Assembly: GCA_965248355.1 (NCBI GenBank)
Contig: OZ252098.1
Span: 1,408,001-1,472,000, forward strand
Direction: 5' to 3'
Length of the DNA stretch: 64,000 nt
Source: Candidatus Latescibacterota bacterium
Lineage (GTDB): Bacteria; Latescibacterota; UBA2968; UBA8231
Positions 1-9,502 of this stretch are shown one piece after another; the first letter of the stretch is position 1, and each line of letters opens with the position of its first letter. The notes below the pieces were generated by a model that ran no database searches, was not told where the DNA came from, and saw nothing but the letters and a program-made list of their open reading frames with translations. The translations under genes and the position numbers were made by a program.

Positions 1-284
1 TCCCCATCCAAGAACATCACACACTCGCCTCGCGCCACAGACGCACCCACATTCCGAGCCTTACACCTCCCCTCTCTCTTGGAAAGACGCACTTGGCGTA
101 TCACTAGACCTTGGGACTTCCAATACTGCACCCTGACGTGGCTATTGTCATCGCATCCATCTAGGACCACTACAATCTCATACAGTTGCCTGCTGACCGT
201 CTGCGCACTAAGGCCAGCAAGAACCAAATGCAGTCGATTCTCCTGATTATGTGTAGCAATTACCACACTGGCCAGAGGACTCAA
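1..284 (-). CDS. Family 2 glycosyltransferase, N-terminal part (runs off window)
   Basis: Manual translation (not in the ORF track): MSPLASVVIATHNQENRL...YEIVVVLDGCDD...KARNVGASVARGECVMFLDG, the typical GT2 N-terminal motifs. TTG start overlaps the stop of the upstream gene (TTGA). Confidence 0.85.
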   Translation of the reverse strand, partial: MSPLASVVIATHNQENRLHLVLAGLSAQTVSRQLYEIVVVLDGCDDNSHVRVQYWKSQGLVIRQVRLSKREGRCKARNVGASVARGECVMFLDG

Positions 285-2761
285 TCGAGAATCTCCGCCT
301 CCAGGTGGGTCCACCAAGCCGAATCTTGGCTCTTCTTTGCGTCCGGCCTTGTCCACAGAACGTGGGGTATCTGTTTCACCGCGTTTGAGCAAACCACTCG
401 ATGGAGGTCCAGACTGCCAAAATAGTACTCTTCGAAGGGGGCCTCCTCTTGTTCAGCTTCAGTCCTCAATCGTCTACTCTTGCAGTTTCTCCCGTTCATC
501 CCACCCAGTCCGATAACCATGCTGTGGAACTCCACAGAGAGCCATCTCCCTTCGACGAACACCTCCGCCCAAGTGTGAGCGAACGGTGTCTCCCTCCAGC
601 CGCCACACACGAATCTGTGTCCCAGTGGATATCCAAGTAATGCTCCGCTGACCTCTCGAGCAGGGATGCCTGCCAAGCGACAGAGGGAAATGAAGGCTCG
701 AGCAGCGGTTATGCAATGCATCCCGGAACCCCCATCCAGTGCCTGATAGGTGCTACACTCCAAGCACTGGCAGGTTTCCTCTGTCTTCTCGAAGCGCTTC
801 CCCTGCCTTATGAAGTCGTACAATGCCCGCGCCTTCTCAATGTCGCTCCCCGACCCAGCAACCCCCACTAGCACCTCTCTGATCCGCCGATCGTCCGCAA
901 TGGAAGGTGGCACCGACATGAACTCCCCACTGTACGGCGCTGCCAAGAGACCCACTTCCATTTCCCCGCTCCGAAGTGCGTTCACTCTCAAATCGCAGCA
1001 GTAGCCCACCTCCGCTGAACCACCCGGCTCCAAGTCTACCCCAAATCCATAGAAGAGACCGCAGGCCGAGAGTAGATGATTCCGCATCGCCTCTGGTTCC
1101 ACCGACCGCAGTTTGATGTCCCGTTGTCGTCTATGCTGAATCGGGAATGGCACGAAGAGCAGAACTCTCCCGGAGGAAGTGCCAGCCTGCACCGATACCC
1201 TATATTTGAGTCTCAGCACACAGCTGTCTTGTCTAGTCTGGACAGATCCCCGTTCTACAAAGAGGAAGCGTTGTCGCCTTGCCATTTGCGCGCGATACTC
1301 CGCCTCGAAGAACGTCGAACTGTTTCGGTGCAACCAGTTCCACGATCGCAACAGGTCGTACGGGGTGGCAGACTCTTGACTAGAGGGCATACCCGCTCTC
1401 CTGGCCTCTGCAAGTAGTCTATGAACCTCACCCTTGCTTCCGAGCAACGGGTGCCCAATTCTCAGATATTTGACAAAGGTTGTCTCAGAGACTCGATGTA
1501 AGCCGCCAGAGACCCCACTACGGGGATCCTCCTTAGGGTCGACCATTTCCTCAATCACTTGGGATACTCGGTCTACATTGTCCCACTCCCTGACGTGTCT
1601 CGAGAAGGCTCTGCATCGCTCCTCGTACTCCTGATTTTCGATTACGCGATCAACTGTCTTTCTAATTTCCTCTGCATTGGTCCACTGATTCCACTCCAGC
1701 TTAATTCCGAGACCAAGGCTACCTACTCGGTTTAGGTGGTACTCTTGATCAAGATGATCCGCCGCCCCGACAACCGGCACCCCACTCCGAAGAGCATGGT
1801 ATACGGTACCGGCGCCCCCTACCGTGATGACTGCAGATGCCTCTGCCGTAATCCAAGAAGCCGGTAGAAAATCCACTATCCGCACATTTCTAGATGGTGT
1901 AGTGGGAGCAGCCTCCCGGCTCCTGGGGCCTAACACGGTGCAGATAACACGATAGCGCTCCGAGAGCACGGAAAGGGTGTCTATCAGAAACCCCTCAAGA
2001 GCATGTCCCGTGCTGCCGCAATTGAGATAGATTAGGGGCAGGGTTGAGTCCCATCCATTTGAATCCAGGGTGACCACCTGGCGTGGCCGAGCAGGAAGGT
2101 CCAGCAGAGGTCCCACATAGTAGGCTCCCTTCCATTGGCCGGTAGGGTGGAACTGAGGCACATCCGCCACTAGAAGGCAGCTGCGCTTTCTCTTCGCCGG
2201 AGACGAACGGCATCTCCTCAAGTACTCCTCAAACGGCCCCGGCTCTGTCTCGAACCAGGTGGGAAGTTGAATCCTGTGACCGTAACTTGGGCTATTGTAC
2301 GCGGCCTCGACCATGGCTAGATGGAGTCCCATGAGGCCAGCCGAGATTTGAAGGGTGGGCCGCATGTCACCAATTACGACATCGGGTCTGGTGTCCTCAA
2401 TAACATCTCGTTCTGACTCAACGCAGGCATCGATGGACTCCATGTCGTAGAAGTCATACCTTGCAGATTTTATGGATCTGTCCATGGCTTCCTGAGAAAG
2501 GCTCTTCACATGCCGTACGGGGAAACCATGGTCCTTCACCATTGCAGAATTCACTCCGACACCGGCAAACTCAACATGGTGGGTTCGCCTGCGCAAGAAT
2601 CGCCCGATCTTTATTGGGCGCAACGTATGCGCCAAGGAGTCACCATGAAAGAACACCAGGACTTTGAGTCGCCGCGAAGGAACACCGGAAGAAGTGAATC
2701 TCGGGATGAGCCTTTCCAGGCTCTTCTTGGCTCTCTGGGCCAACTGGGCTGATTGGATCAC
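281..2761 (-). CDS. GT-B (UDP-glycosyltransferase/MGT-like) domain fused to a C-terminal transglutaminase-like domain
   Basis: N-terminal LAHTLRP and FLPASW..AVITVGGAGTVYHALRSGVPVVG...DQ (UGT signature). C-terminal CITAARAFISLCRLAGIPAREVSG...HTWAEVFVEGRWLSVE (transglutaminase core). Start uncertain. Confidence 0.8.
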   Translation of the reverse strand: MIQSAQLAQRAKKSLERLIPRFTSSGVPSRRLKVLVFFHGDSLAHTLRPIKIGRFLRRRTHHVEFAGVGVNSAMVKDHGFPVRHVKSLSQEAMDRSIKSARYDFYDMESIDACVESERDVIEDTRPDVVIGDMRPTLQISAGLMGLHLAMVEAAYNSPSYGHRIQLPTWFETEPGPFEEYLRRCRSSPAKRKRSCLLVADVPQFHPTGQWKGAYYVGPLLDLPARPRQVVTLDSNGWDSTLPLIYLNCGSTGHALEGFLIDTLSVLSERYRVICTVLGPRSREAAPTTPSRNVRIVDFLPASWITAEASAVITVGGAGTVYHALRSGVPVVGAADHLDQEYHLNRVGSLGLGIKLEWNQWTNAEEIRKTVDRVIENQEYEERCRAFSRHVREWDNVDRVSQVIEEMVDPKEDPRSGVSGGLHRVSETTFVKYLRIGHPLLGSKGEVHRLLAEARRAGMPSSQESATPYDLLRSWNWLHRNSSTFFEAEYRAQMARRQRFLFVERGSVQTRQDSCVLRLKYRVSVQAGTSSGRVLLFVPFPIQHRRQRDIKLRSVEPEAMRNHLLSACGLFYGFGVDLEPGGSAEVGYCCDLRVNALRSGEMEVGLLAAPYSGEFMSVPPSIADDRRIREVLVGVAGSGSDIEKARALYDFIRQGKRFEKTEETCQCLECSTYQALDGGSGMHCITAARAFISLCRLAGIPAREVSGALLGYPLGHRFVCGGWRETPFAHTWAEVFVEGRWLSVEFHSMVIGLGGMNGRNCKSRRLRTEAEQEEAPFEEYYFGSLDLHRVVCSNAVKQIPHVLWTRPDAKKSQDSAWWTHLEAEILD

Positions 2762-3287
2762 TTTAGAAGTCCCTATTCCAGGCTCATTCCGGGAATACTC
2801 CTCGAGGCTCTCCCGGCCCCGGCCGTTGGCGACGGTTCCACGCCCGATGGACCGACTCCACGGTACCAGAGCATCTTGGGGCGCCCAGAGCCAAGAGCGG
2901 GGTGACGTCTACGTGTACCATGAGCGCCGGAATCTCCCCCAACCGGGGAATGGCGCCATTCTGAACACGCGCGGCCGCCCCCCAAGTGCGTAATCCGCGG
3001 CCATCTTGGAGGTGCTAGGCCGAGCCCCGATGTGGGCGTCAGTGCGATGGGATCGATCAGATTTCCCACCCTGTGCGATTGAATGTCATGGCTCGCCATC
3101 TGGCCTAGGCAGCCCTGGAAAGGGGACGCTGGCTTGAGAAATAGTAGCTATGGTGTGGCCTCTGACATTAAAGAGGCTCCGAGGGGAGGTCCTGTGCAAT
3201 CGAGAAACCGAAATTAGGCGGTCCTTCTCAATCTCTACCGGTTGGCCGTCCTGGAACCTCCTTATATAAACCTCGGGCTAAGAGGTC

Positions 3288-3670
3288 CGTCAAGGGACCA
3301 CCCAGATTCGCGCACCCCGGATTTGGTCGGGGTCGGTGGTACCGGATCGGTTCTCCCCCTCCTGAGATGAGGTGCACCGAGAACGGGGACCTGCACCGCA
3401 AACCCCGGAGCGGCCCCCGGTCCAGCCAGTGACGCTTGGCGAACGAGGGAATGGGTGTGAGGGATGGTCTTGGCCTCCTTCCGCTCCACGTGTCATTCGG
3501 CCAGTTGCTGCTCCATGTCCCGGAGGCCGAAGCTACGGCCATTGATCTGCAGGACATCGCAGTAGTGCAGCAGTCGATCCCAGATGGCCGTGGCCAGACC
3601 CGTCGGCAGCATCTCCGGCCATTGGCGGATGCTCTTCTTGGAGGTGATCGATCAGGGTGCTGGCGCGCTG
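3288..3670 (-). pseudogene. istB: IS21-family remnant: istB C-terminus plus probable right end
   Basis: Minus strand 3670-3493 reads QRASTLI/ITSKKSIRQWPEMLPTGLATAIWDRLLHYCDVLQINGRSFGLRDMEQQLAE* with a frameshift. CGTCAAGGGACCACCCAG at 3288 resembles a degenerate IS21 terminus. Confidence 0.75.
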
Positions 3671-4843
3671 CTAGTGTCATGTCGTAGAAATTACTGTACA
3701 TCTTCATGAGGATGCTGTAGGTTTCTCTTATTCTCTTTCCGAAAGGAGAAACCTATGGCGAGGGGACGACCGTTACCGGCGATAGAGTTGAGTCCGTCGG
3801 ACCGGGACCAATTGGAATCGATGGCCAGATCACGGAGTCTCCCCCACGGGTTGGTGCGCCGAGCCGAGATGGTTCTGCTGGCCGCCGACGGCTGGCCCAA
3901 TCAGGCGGTCGCCGCCGCGGTAGGGGTGACGCGGGCGACTGTGGGCAAGTGGCGGCGACGCTTTCTCGAGGGCGGGCTGCCGGGCTTGCATGATGAGCTG
4001 CGTCCGGGGGCGCCGCGATCGATCACGGATGAGCAGGTCGCCGAGGTGGTCTACAAGACCCTGAAGACCAAGCCCAAGGACGAAACCCAGTGGTCGGTGC
4101 GCTCCATGGGCCAGGAAACCGGCCTGTCCAAGGATGCGGTACATCGCATTTGGCGCACCTATGGTCTGCAACCCCACCGACACAAGCACTTCAAGCTGTC
4201 CACCGATCCCTTCTTCGTGGACAAAGTACGGGATATCGCCGGGTTGTACCTGAATCCCCCGGAGCACGCCATGGTTCTGTGCGTGGACGAGAAGAGCCAG
4301 ATCCAGGCCTTGGAACGAACTCAGCCGATGCTGCCCTTGGGCTTGGGATACGTGGAAGGGGTTACGCACGACTACAAGCGGCACGGCACCACCACCCTGT
4401 TTGCCGCCTTGGACGTGGCCACCGGCGAAGTGATGACCCAGTGCAAATCCCGGCATCGTCACCAGGAATTCCTCCAGTTCCTACGCCACATCGAGACCAA
4501 CGTGCCCGAGGATCTCGATATCCATCTCGTCGTCGACAACTACGCCACCCATAAGCATGCCAAGATCAAGCGATGGCTGGCCAACCGTCCCCGGTTTCAC
4601 GTTCACTACACCCCCACGTATGCTTCGTGGCTCAACCAAGTGGAGATCTGGTTCGGGATCATCACGCGCCAGGCCATTCGGCGCGGGTCGTTTCGGAAGG
4701 TCCCGGAGCTGGTCGAGCGGATCGAACGGTACACCGACAAGTGGAACGCCAAGGCCCGGCCCTTCGTCTGGACGGCGACGGCCGATTCCATCCTCGCCAA
4801 GGTCAAACGACTTTGTGAGCGAATCTCTGCGACATGACACTAG
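3671..4843 (+). mobile_element. IS630-family insertion sequence
   Basis: Terminal IRs CTAGTGTCATGTCGTAGAAATT (3671) and AATCTCTGCGACATGACACTAG (to 4843), with CTAG/TA at both ends. Confidence 0.92.
3755..4837 (+). CDS. IS630-family transposase
   Basis: HTH region, [54 protein letters not shown]. Intact, with RBS AAAGGAG. Confidence 0.95.
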   Translation: MARGRPLPAIELSPSDRDQLESMARSRSLPHGLVRRAEMVLLAADGWPNQAVAAAVGVTRATVGKWRRRFLEGGLPGLHDELRPGAPRSITDEQVAEVVYKTLKTKPKDETQWSVRSMGQETGLSKDAVHRIWRTYGLQPHRHKHFKLSTDPFFVDKVRDIAGLYLNPPEHAMVLCVDEKSQIQALERTQPMLPLGLGYVEGVTHDYKRHGTTTLFAALDVATGEVMTQCKSRHRHQEFLQFLRHIETNVPEDLDIHLVVDNYATHKHAKIKRWLANRPRFHVHYTPTYASWLNQVEIWFGIITRQAIRRGSFRKVPELVERIERYTDKWNAKARPFVWTATADSILAKVKRLCERISAT

Positions 4844-6367
4844 CAGTCCGTTGGAAAAAGGCGAGGGATGAGGGAGGTACCAACTCCCCTCGTACGGGTC
4901 CTTTACTAGATTAGGCAGGCCACGTACCCAAGGAGCCGGATCGATGTCGCTGAGCCGACGACCCGAGAGCCAGCAACAGGAGATGTGGGTGCCGACCCAC
5001 ACGCTGCCGGAGGCGCCGGGGTGTCCGTTCTACACGCAACTGATTCAGTTGCTGCTGGCGGCGCATGGGTTTGACCGCTTTGTCGAGTCTCGGTGCGCCC
5101 CGTATTACGCCGAGACGCTGGGCCGGCCGAGCATCGCGCCGGGGGTCTATTTCCGCATGCTCTTGATCGGCTACTTCGAGGGCCTGGGCTCGGAGCGGGG
5201 CATCGCCTGGCGGGTGGCCGACTCGGTGTCGCTGCGCCGTTTTCTGGGCTACGCCCTGAGCGAGGCCACGCCGGATCACTCGAGCCTGACGCGCATTCGT
5301 CAGCGTCTGCCGTCGGAGATCTACCAGGAGGTGTTCAACTGGGTGCTGACCGTGCTGGCCAAGGAGGGGCTTTTGAAGGGCAAGACCCTGGCGGTGGACG
5401 CCACGACCCTGGAGGCCAACGCCGCCCTGCGCAGCGTCGTGCGGCGGGACACCGGGCAAGGCTACCGCGAGTACCTGGAGGACTTGGCCCGGGCCGAAGG
5501 AATCGAGACGCCGACGCGCCAGGACCTGGCCCGGCTCGACAAGAAACGGCCGCGCAAAGGCTCCAACCAGGACTGGAAGCATCCCCGAGGATCCGGAGGC
5601 CCGCATCACCAAGATGAAGGACGGGCGGACCCACCTGGCGCATAAAGCCGAACACGCGGTCGATCTGGACACCCAGGCCTTGGTGGCGGTCCAGGTGACC
5701 GGCGCCGACGAGGGAGACACCTCGTCCCTGTCTTGGACGCTGATCCAGAGCGATCTGAATCTGCAGGCCGTGTCGCAGGATCCGAAAGCCAAGAACCATC
5801 TGCATGGCCAACCGATGTCGGAAGTGGTGACGGACAAAGGGGTATCACAGCAACGACACGACCAAGAGGCTGAAGGGCGCTCAGATTCGCGGCTACCTGT
5901 CCGAGCCCGACCGGGGGCGCCGTCGGTGGAAGGACCGGGCCGCCCAGGCGGCCGTGTATGCCAATCGACGCCGGATTCGAGGGCCCCGGGGCCGCGCCCT
6001 GCAACGGCGTCGAGCCGAATGCGCGGAACGCAGTTTCGCTCACACCTACGAACGCGGGGGGCTGCGACGGACGCACCTGCGGGGCCACGCCAACATCTAC
6101 AAGCGGCTGAGCCTTCATGGCAGCGCCTTCAATCTGGGCTTGGCCATGCGGAAGCTCACCGGCTGCGGGACCCCGAGGGGTCTGCGGGCACTGGGGGCCG
6201 TTTTTTCGGTCTTCAAGGCGGGTTTGCAGGTCGCTCGGGCCCTCTCGCGTCGCGCCGGCGGCCTCTTCCTCACCTGGGTCCGGGATCGATTCCTCATCCG
6301 TTGCCGCCGCCTTCACCCAGAGCGACCGGACGTGATCCAAAACGTGGCTTTCTCAACGGGCTGCTAG
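4840..6367 (+). mobile_element. IS1182/IS5-like insertion sequence
   Basis: IRs CTAGCAGTCCGTTGGAAAAAG (4840) and CTTTCTCAACGGGCTGCTAG (to 6367). The left CTAG is shared with IS630. Confidence 0.85.
4944..6367 (+). pseudogene. Frameshifted DUF772/DDE transposase
   Basis: GRPSIAPGVYFRMLL..SER..TPDHSSL, AVDATTLEANA, DKG/YHS and ERSFAH spread over three frames. Shifts near 5585 (CCCC) and 5840 (GGGG). Confidence 0.85.
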
Positions 6368-6400
6368 ACCTCATGTATTGACCGGTACATAAAGGTCTAG
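6364..6400. mobile_element. 37-bp imperfect palindrome flanked by CTAG (IS scar or mini-element)
   Basis: CTAGACCTCATGTATTGACCGGTACATAAAGGTCTAG, lying inside the split istB reading frame. Confidence 0.55.
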
Positions 6401-7249
6401 CGATGATTGATGACCTTGAACAGTAGGTGGGCCTTTGCGACCGGTCCAGGGCCCGGCAATCACGTCGGCGCTGTCGACGCTCCAGCACCAGAACTTCTCC
6501 GCGTACCCCACCACCAGGCGCGTGCCCTCGTCGTGGTCGACGTAGGGCGGGCGCGCCGGGCTGTACATGGTGTCGGTGAGGTCGCGGACCAGGGCCGTCT
6601 CCACGCCCCACTTGGTCATCTGCTTGATGCCGAAGCTGCGGTGGAGGACGCACATGTTGGTGTGCACGCCGAGGATCAGCATGCGGGTCACGCCGCGGGC
6701 CTGCAGGCAGGCGTAGACCAGGCGGCCGTCGTCGGAGATCAGGTCCCGCTCCGGATCGATGTCGATGCCGGGGTGCTGGCTCTTCCAGGCCTTGTAGGAG
6801 TCGTTCTCGGCCACGGTGGTGCCGTTGTCGGCGGCGTCCACCGGCAGGGGCGGGTCGTACTCGGCCGCCTCCCCGCCCGGGGCGAAGAGCTGCCCCACGA
6901 GGGAATCGGGATCCTGGGCCGCCGCCGGCAACTCCTCCGCGGGATCTGCCGGCTCCGCCTCCAGGGCACGGAGGCGGGCCGGGTGCTCCGCGTAGAACTC
7001 CATCGTGCCCGAGGGCGCGTGGACGATCTGCACCCCGGCGGCGCGAGCCACCGTCACCGTCTGATTCATGCGCGGCACCAGCGGCTCCATGCGCTCGCGG
7101 GCGCCGCGGCACCAGTGGCTGTCCCAGACGTCGCACAGCAGCAGGGCCGTGGCCGCCGTTGGCCACGCGGCCTCCTCCGTTACCGTGCGCCACACGCGGT
7201 GGCCGCCCTCGTCGAGGGTCAGCCGCTGGCGGCGCAGGTGGAGGTTCAT
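6371..7249 (-). CDS. Isochorismatase/nicotinamidase-family cysteine hydrolase
   Basis: TALLLCDVWDSHWC, GVQIVHAPS, LILGVHTNMCV, LVRDLTD. The last ~28 aa appear to come from foreign (istB/scar) sequence. Confidence 0.85.
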   Translation of the reverse strand: MNLHLRRQRLTLDEGGHRVWRTVTEEAAWPTAATALLLCDVWDSHWCRGARERMEPLVPRMNQTVTVARAAGVQIVHAPSGTMEFYAEHPARLRALEAEPADPAEELPAAAQDPDSLVGQLFAPGGEAAEYDPPLPVDAADNGTTVAENDSYKAWKSQHPGIDIDPERDLISDDGRLVYACLQARGVTRMLILGVHTNMCVLHRSFGIKQMTKWGVETALVRDLTDTMYSPARPPYVDHDEGTRLVVGYAEKFWCWSVDSADVIAGPWTGRKGPPTVQGHQSSLDLYVPVNT

Positions 7250-7250
7250 C

Positions 7251-8411
7251 TTAGAAGGAGTCCTTCACGTCCATGGTCCGGGACGGCCCCTCCTTGACCC
7301 TGGAGGTGGCCACGCGCTTCTGCAGCTCGTCGTAGTAGAGGTCGGCGTCGACGGGGATATCGACCCAGCTGTCGGTCCAGGTGGACAGGAGCATGGCGTT
7401 GAACAGCTCGACGCTGTGGATGCCGTCGAGGCCGGGGGCCAGCAGCTCGGTCTCGCCGCCGTCGCGGATCGACTGTACCCAGTTGGCCGTGATCGTCCGG
7501 TGCTCGCCGTCGCCGCCAGCGGGCGGCACCTGGCAGGTCCACACGTCGGGGCTGCCGAAGCCGCCGGGGTACTCCTTGAGAAAGCGGCTCACCGACTGCT
7601 CGGTGCGGTGGAAGACGATGCCGCCGTCCTCAGCGACGATCTTGCCGCGGTCGCCGGTGATCTCGAGGCGGTTGGTCCCCGGGGCGTCGCCGGTGCCGGT
7701 GACGAAGACGCCCGTGGCGCCGTTGGGGTACTCGACGAAGGCGGTGACGTCGTCCTCCACCTCGATGTCGTGGTGCTTGCCGAAGTAGCAGAAGCCCCGC
7801 AGGCGCGAGGGCATGCCGCAGACCCACTGCCACAGGTCGAGGTTGTGGGGGCACTGGTTGGCGAGCACGCCCCCGCCCTCGCCGGCCCAGGTCGCCCGCC
7901 AGCCGCCGGAGTCGTAGTAGCTCTGGGCGCGGAACCAGTTGGTGATGATGTAGTTCGTGCGCTGGATCTCCCCTAACTCGCCGGAGGAGACCAGCTCCTT
8001 CAGCTTCCGCGTCTGGCCGCGGGCCCGCTGGTTGAGCATCAGGGCGAAGACCGTCCCCGCCTTCTCGGCGGCGGCGTTCATCTGTTTCACCTGGCGCGTG
8101 TACACGCCCGCGGGCTTCTCCGACATGACGTGCAGGCCGGCCTCGAAGGCGGCCACGGCGATGGGCGGGTGCAGGTAGTGGGGGGTGGCGATGAGCACGG
8201 CGTCGATCTCGCCCGATCCGATCATCCCCTCCGGGGTGTCGAAGCGCTTCACGCCGTCGCCCAGGCTGCTCTCGGCCCACGCGAGCCTCTCGGGGCTGGC
8301 GTCGGCCACCGCGGCGAGCCGGCCCGCCGGGATCTGCCCCTTCGAGAGGTACTCGCAGTGATTGCCCCCCATGCCGCCGATGCCGGCGACGCCGATCCGT
8401 ACCTCGTCCAT
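7251..8411 (-). CDS. Gfo/Idh/MocA-family oxidoreductase
   Basis: RIGVAGIGGMG, IATPHYLH, HVMSEKP, WRATWAGEGGGVLANQCPHNLD. Confidence 0.93.
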   Translation of the reverse strand: MDEVRIGVAGIGGMGGNHCEYLSKGQIPAGRLAAVADASPERLAWAESSLGDGVKRFDTPEGMIGSGEIDAVLIATPHYLHPPIAVAAFEAGLHVMSEKPAGVYTRQVKQMNAAAEKAGTVFALMLNQRARGQTRKLKELVSSGELGEIQRTNYIITNWFRAQSYYDSGGWRATWAGEGGGVLANQCPHNLDLWQWVCGMPSRLRGFCYFGKHHDIEVEDDVTAFVEYPNGATGVFVTGTGDAPGTNRLEITGDRGKIVAEDGGIVFHRTEQSVSRFLKEYPGGFGSPDVWTCQVPPAGGDGEHRTITANWVQSIRDGGETELLAPGLDGIHSVELFNAMLLSTWTDSWVDIPVDADLYYDELQKRVATSRVKEGPSRTMDVKDSF

Positions 8412-8443
8412 CCTGTCTCTCCTGTTTTCTTCCGGTGGTCAGG

Positions 8444-9334
8444 TCAGCCGGCGGCGGAGCCGAGGCGCCCCGGCGCGCCGACGGGTTGGCCGGAACGGCA
8501 GACGACCGGGAAATGGGGTCCCGCCCCGGCCATGGGAGCCCCGTCCGGCAGCTCGACGAACTGCTTCATCACGTGGTTGCCGCTGGCGTCGTAGCGGGCC
8601 TCGCCGGTCATGTAGTGGATGGCGATCGCCCGCCGCGGACGCCCCGAGGTGTTGGGGGGCGAGCCGTGCCAGGTCAGGGAGTGGTGGAAGGAGATCTCCC
8701 CCCGCCTCACCGGCCAGGGCCGCGGCTTCACCTGCGTCACGTCGGTGCCGTCGGGCGGCTCGAAGGCCTCGATGGCCGAGAAGTCGGCCAGGCTCTCCAG
8801 GTGGCGCTGGGTGCGCAGGAACTCGATCTGGTTCCCCCACCGGTGGCTGCCGGGAACCATCCACATGCAGCCGTTCTCCTCGTCGGCGTCGTCCATGGGG
8901 ATCCACGCCGAGACCGGGGTCATGGGCTTGATGATCGGCCACAGGGGCGCGTCCTGGTGCCAGTTGGTGGGCCCCCCCGCCGCCGCCGGCTTGTACTGGA
9001 TCTGGTCGTGCCACACCTGCAAGTCCCGCTGCCCCGTGAGCTGACTGACCGCCTTGACGATGAAGGGATGGTAGATCAGGCGCTCGAAGGCCGGCGAGGC
9101 CTCCCAGATGTTGACGATCTGCCACACCGGCGACGGGCTGACCCCTCCGCCCCGGGACTTCATGTCGTGGAACAGCACCGGCCGCGGCTGCCCGTCGGCG
9201 AAGCCGTCGGGGCCGATCTCCAGGATCGCCTCCAGGCCCTCGGTGATCTCGTCGACCTCGCTCTGCCGCAGGACGGGTCCGCTGTTGAGGAACCCGTCCT
9301 GGTGGAACCGTTCGATCTGTTCGGGAGTGAGCAT
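8444..9334 (-). CDS. Phytanoyl-CoA dioxygenase (PhyH)-family Fe(II)/2OG oxygenase
   Basis: MLTPEQIERFHQDGF, WHQD, SAWIPMDDADEENGCMWMVPGSH, FHHSLTWHGS..N...RR. This is the C-terminal part of ORF 8444..11425. Confidence 0.92.
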   Translation of the reverse strand: MLTPEQIERFHQDGFLNSGPVLRQSEVDEITEGLEAILEIGPDGFADGQPRPVLFHDMKSRGGGVSPSPVWQIVNIWEASPAFERLIYHPFIVKAVSQLTGQRDLQVWHDQIQYKPAAAGGPTNWHQDAPLWPIIKPMTPVSAWIPMDDADEENGCMWMVPGSHRWGNQIEFLRTQRHLESLADFSAIEAFEPPDGTDVTQVKPRPWPVRRGEISFHHSLTWHGSPPNTSGRPRRAIAIHYMTGEARYDASGNHVMKQFVELPDGAPMAGAGPHFPVVCRSGQPVGAPGRLGSAAG

Positions 9335-9502
9335 CGGGCAAGTGTACGCCGGCGGGATGAGATCTTCAATCGCCCAGCGGGCACCCTTGTATCCCCCGTG
9401 GCGCGGCCCTTCGTTCTTCCGCGCGCGGGGACCGGCGCCGCGGGGGATCGCACCCCGGACGGACGCCCCACCCTCTCCCCCATTCCAGATGGAAGGCCTC
9501 CC

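Noticed and set aside
2773..3230. Short ORFs upstream of the GT-transglutaminase gene as precursor peptides
   Set aside because: No convincing RBS, codon bias or peptide motif.
4944..6367. Programmed frameshifting in the IS1182-like transposase
   Set aside because: The shifts fall in short C and G runs with no slippery A6G-type site, so they are mutations or homopolymer sequencing errors.
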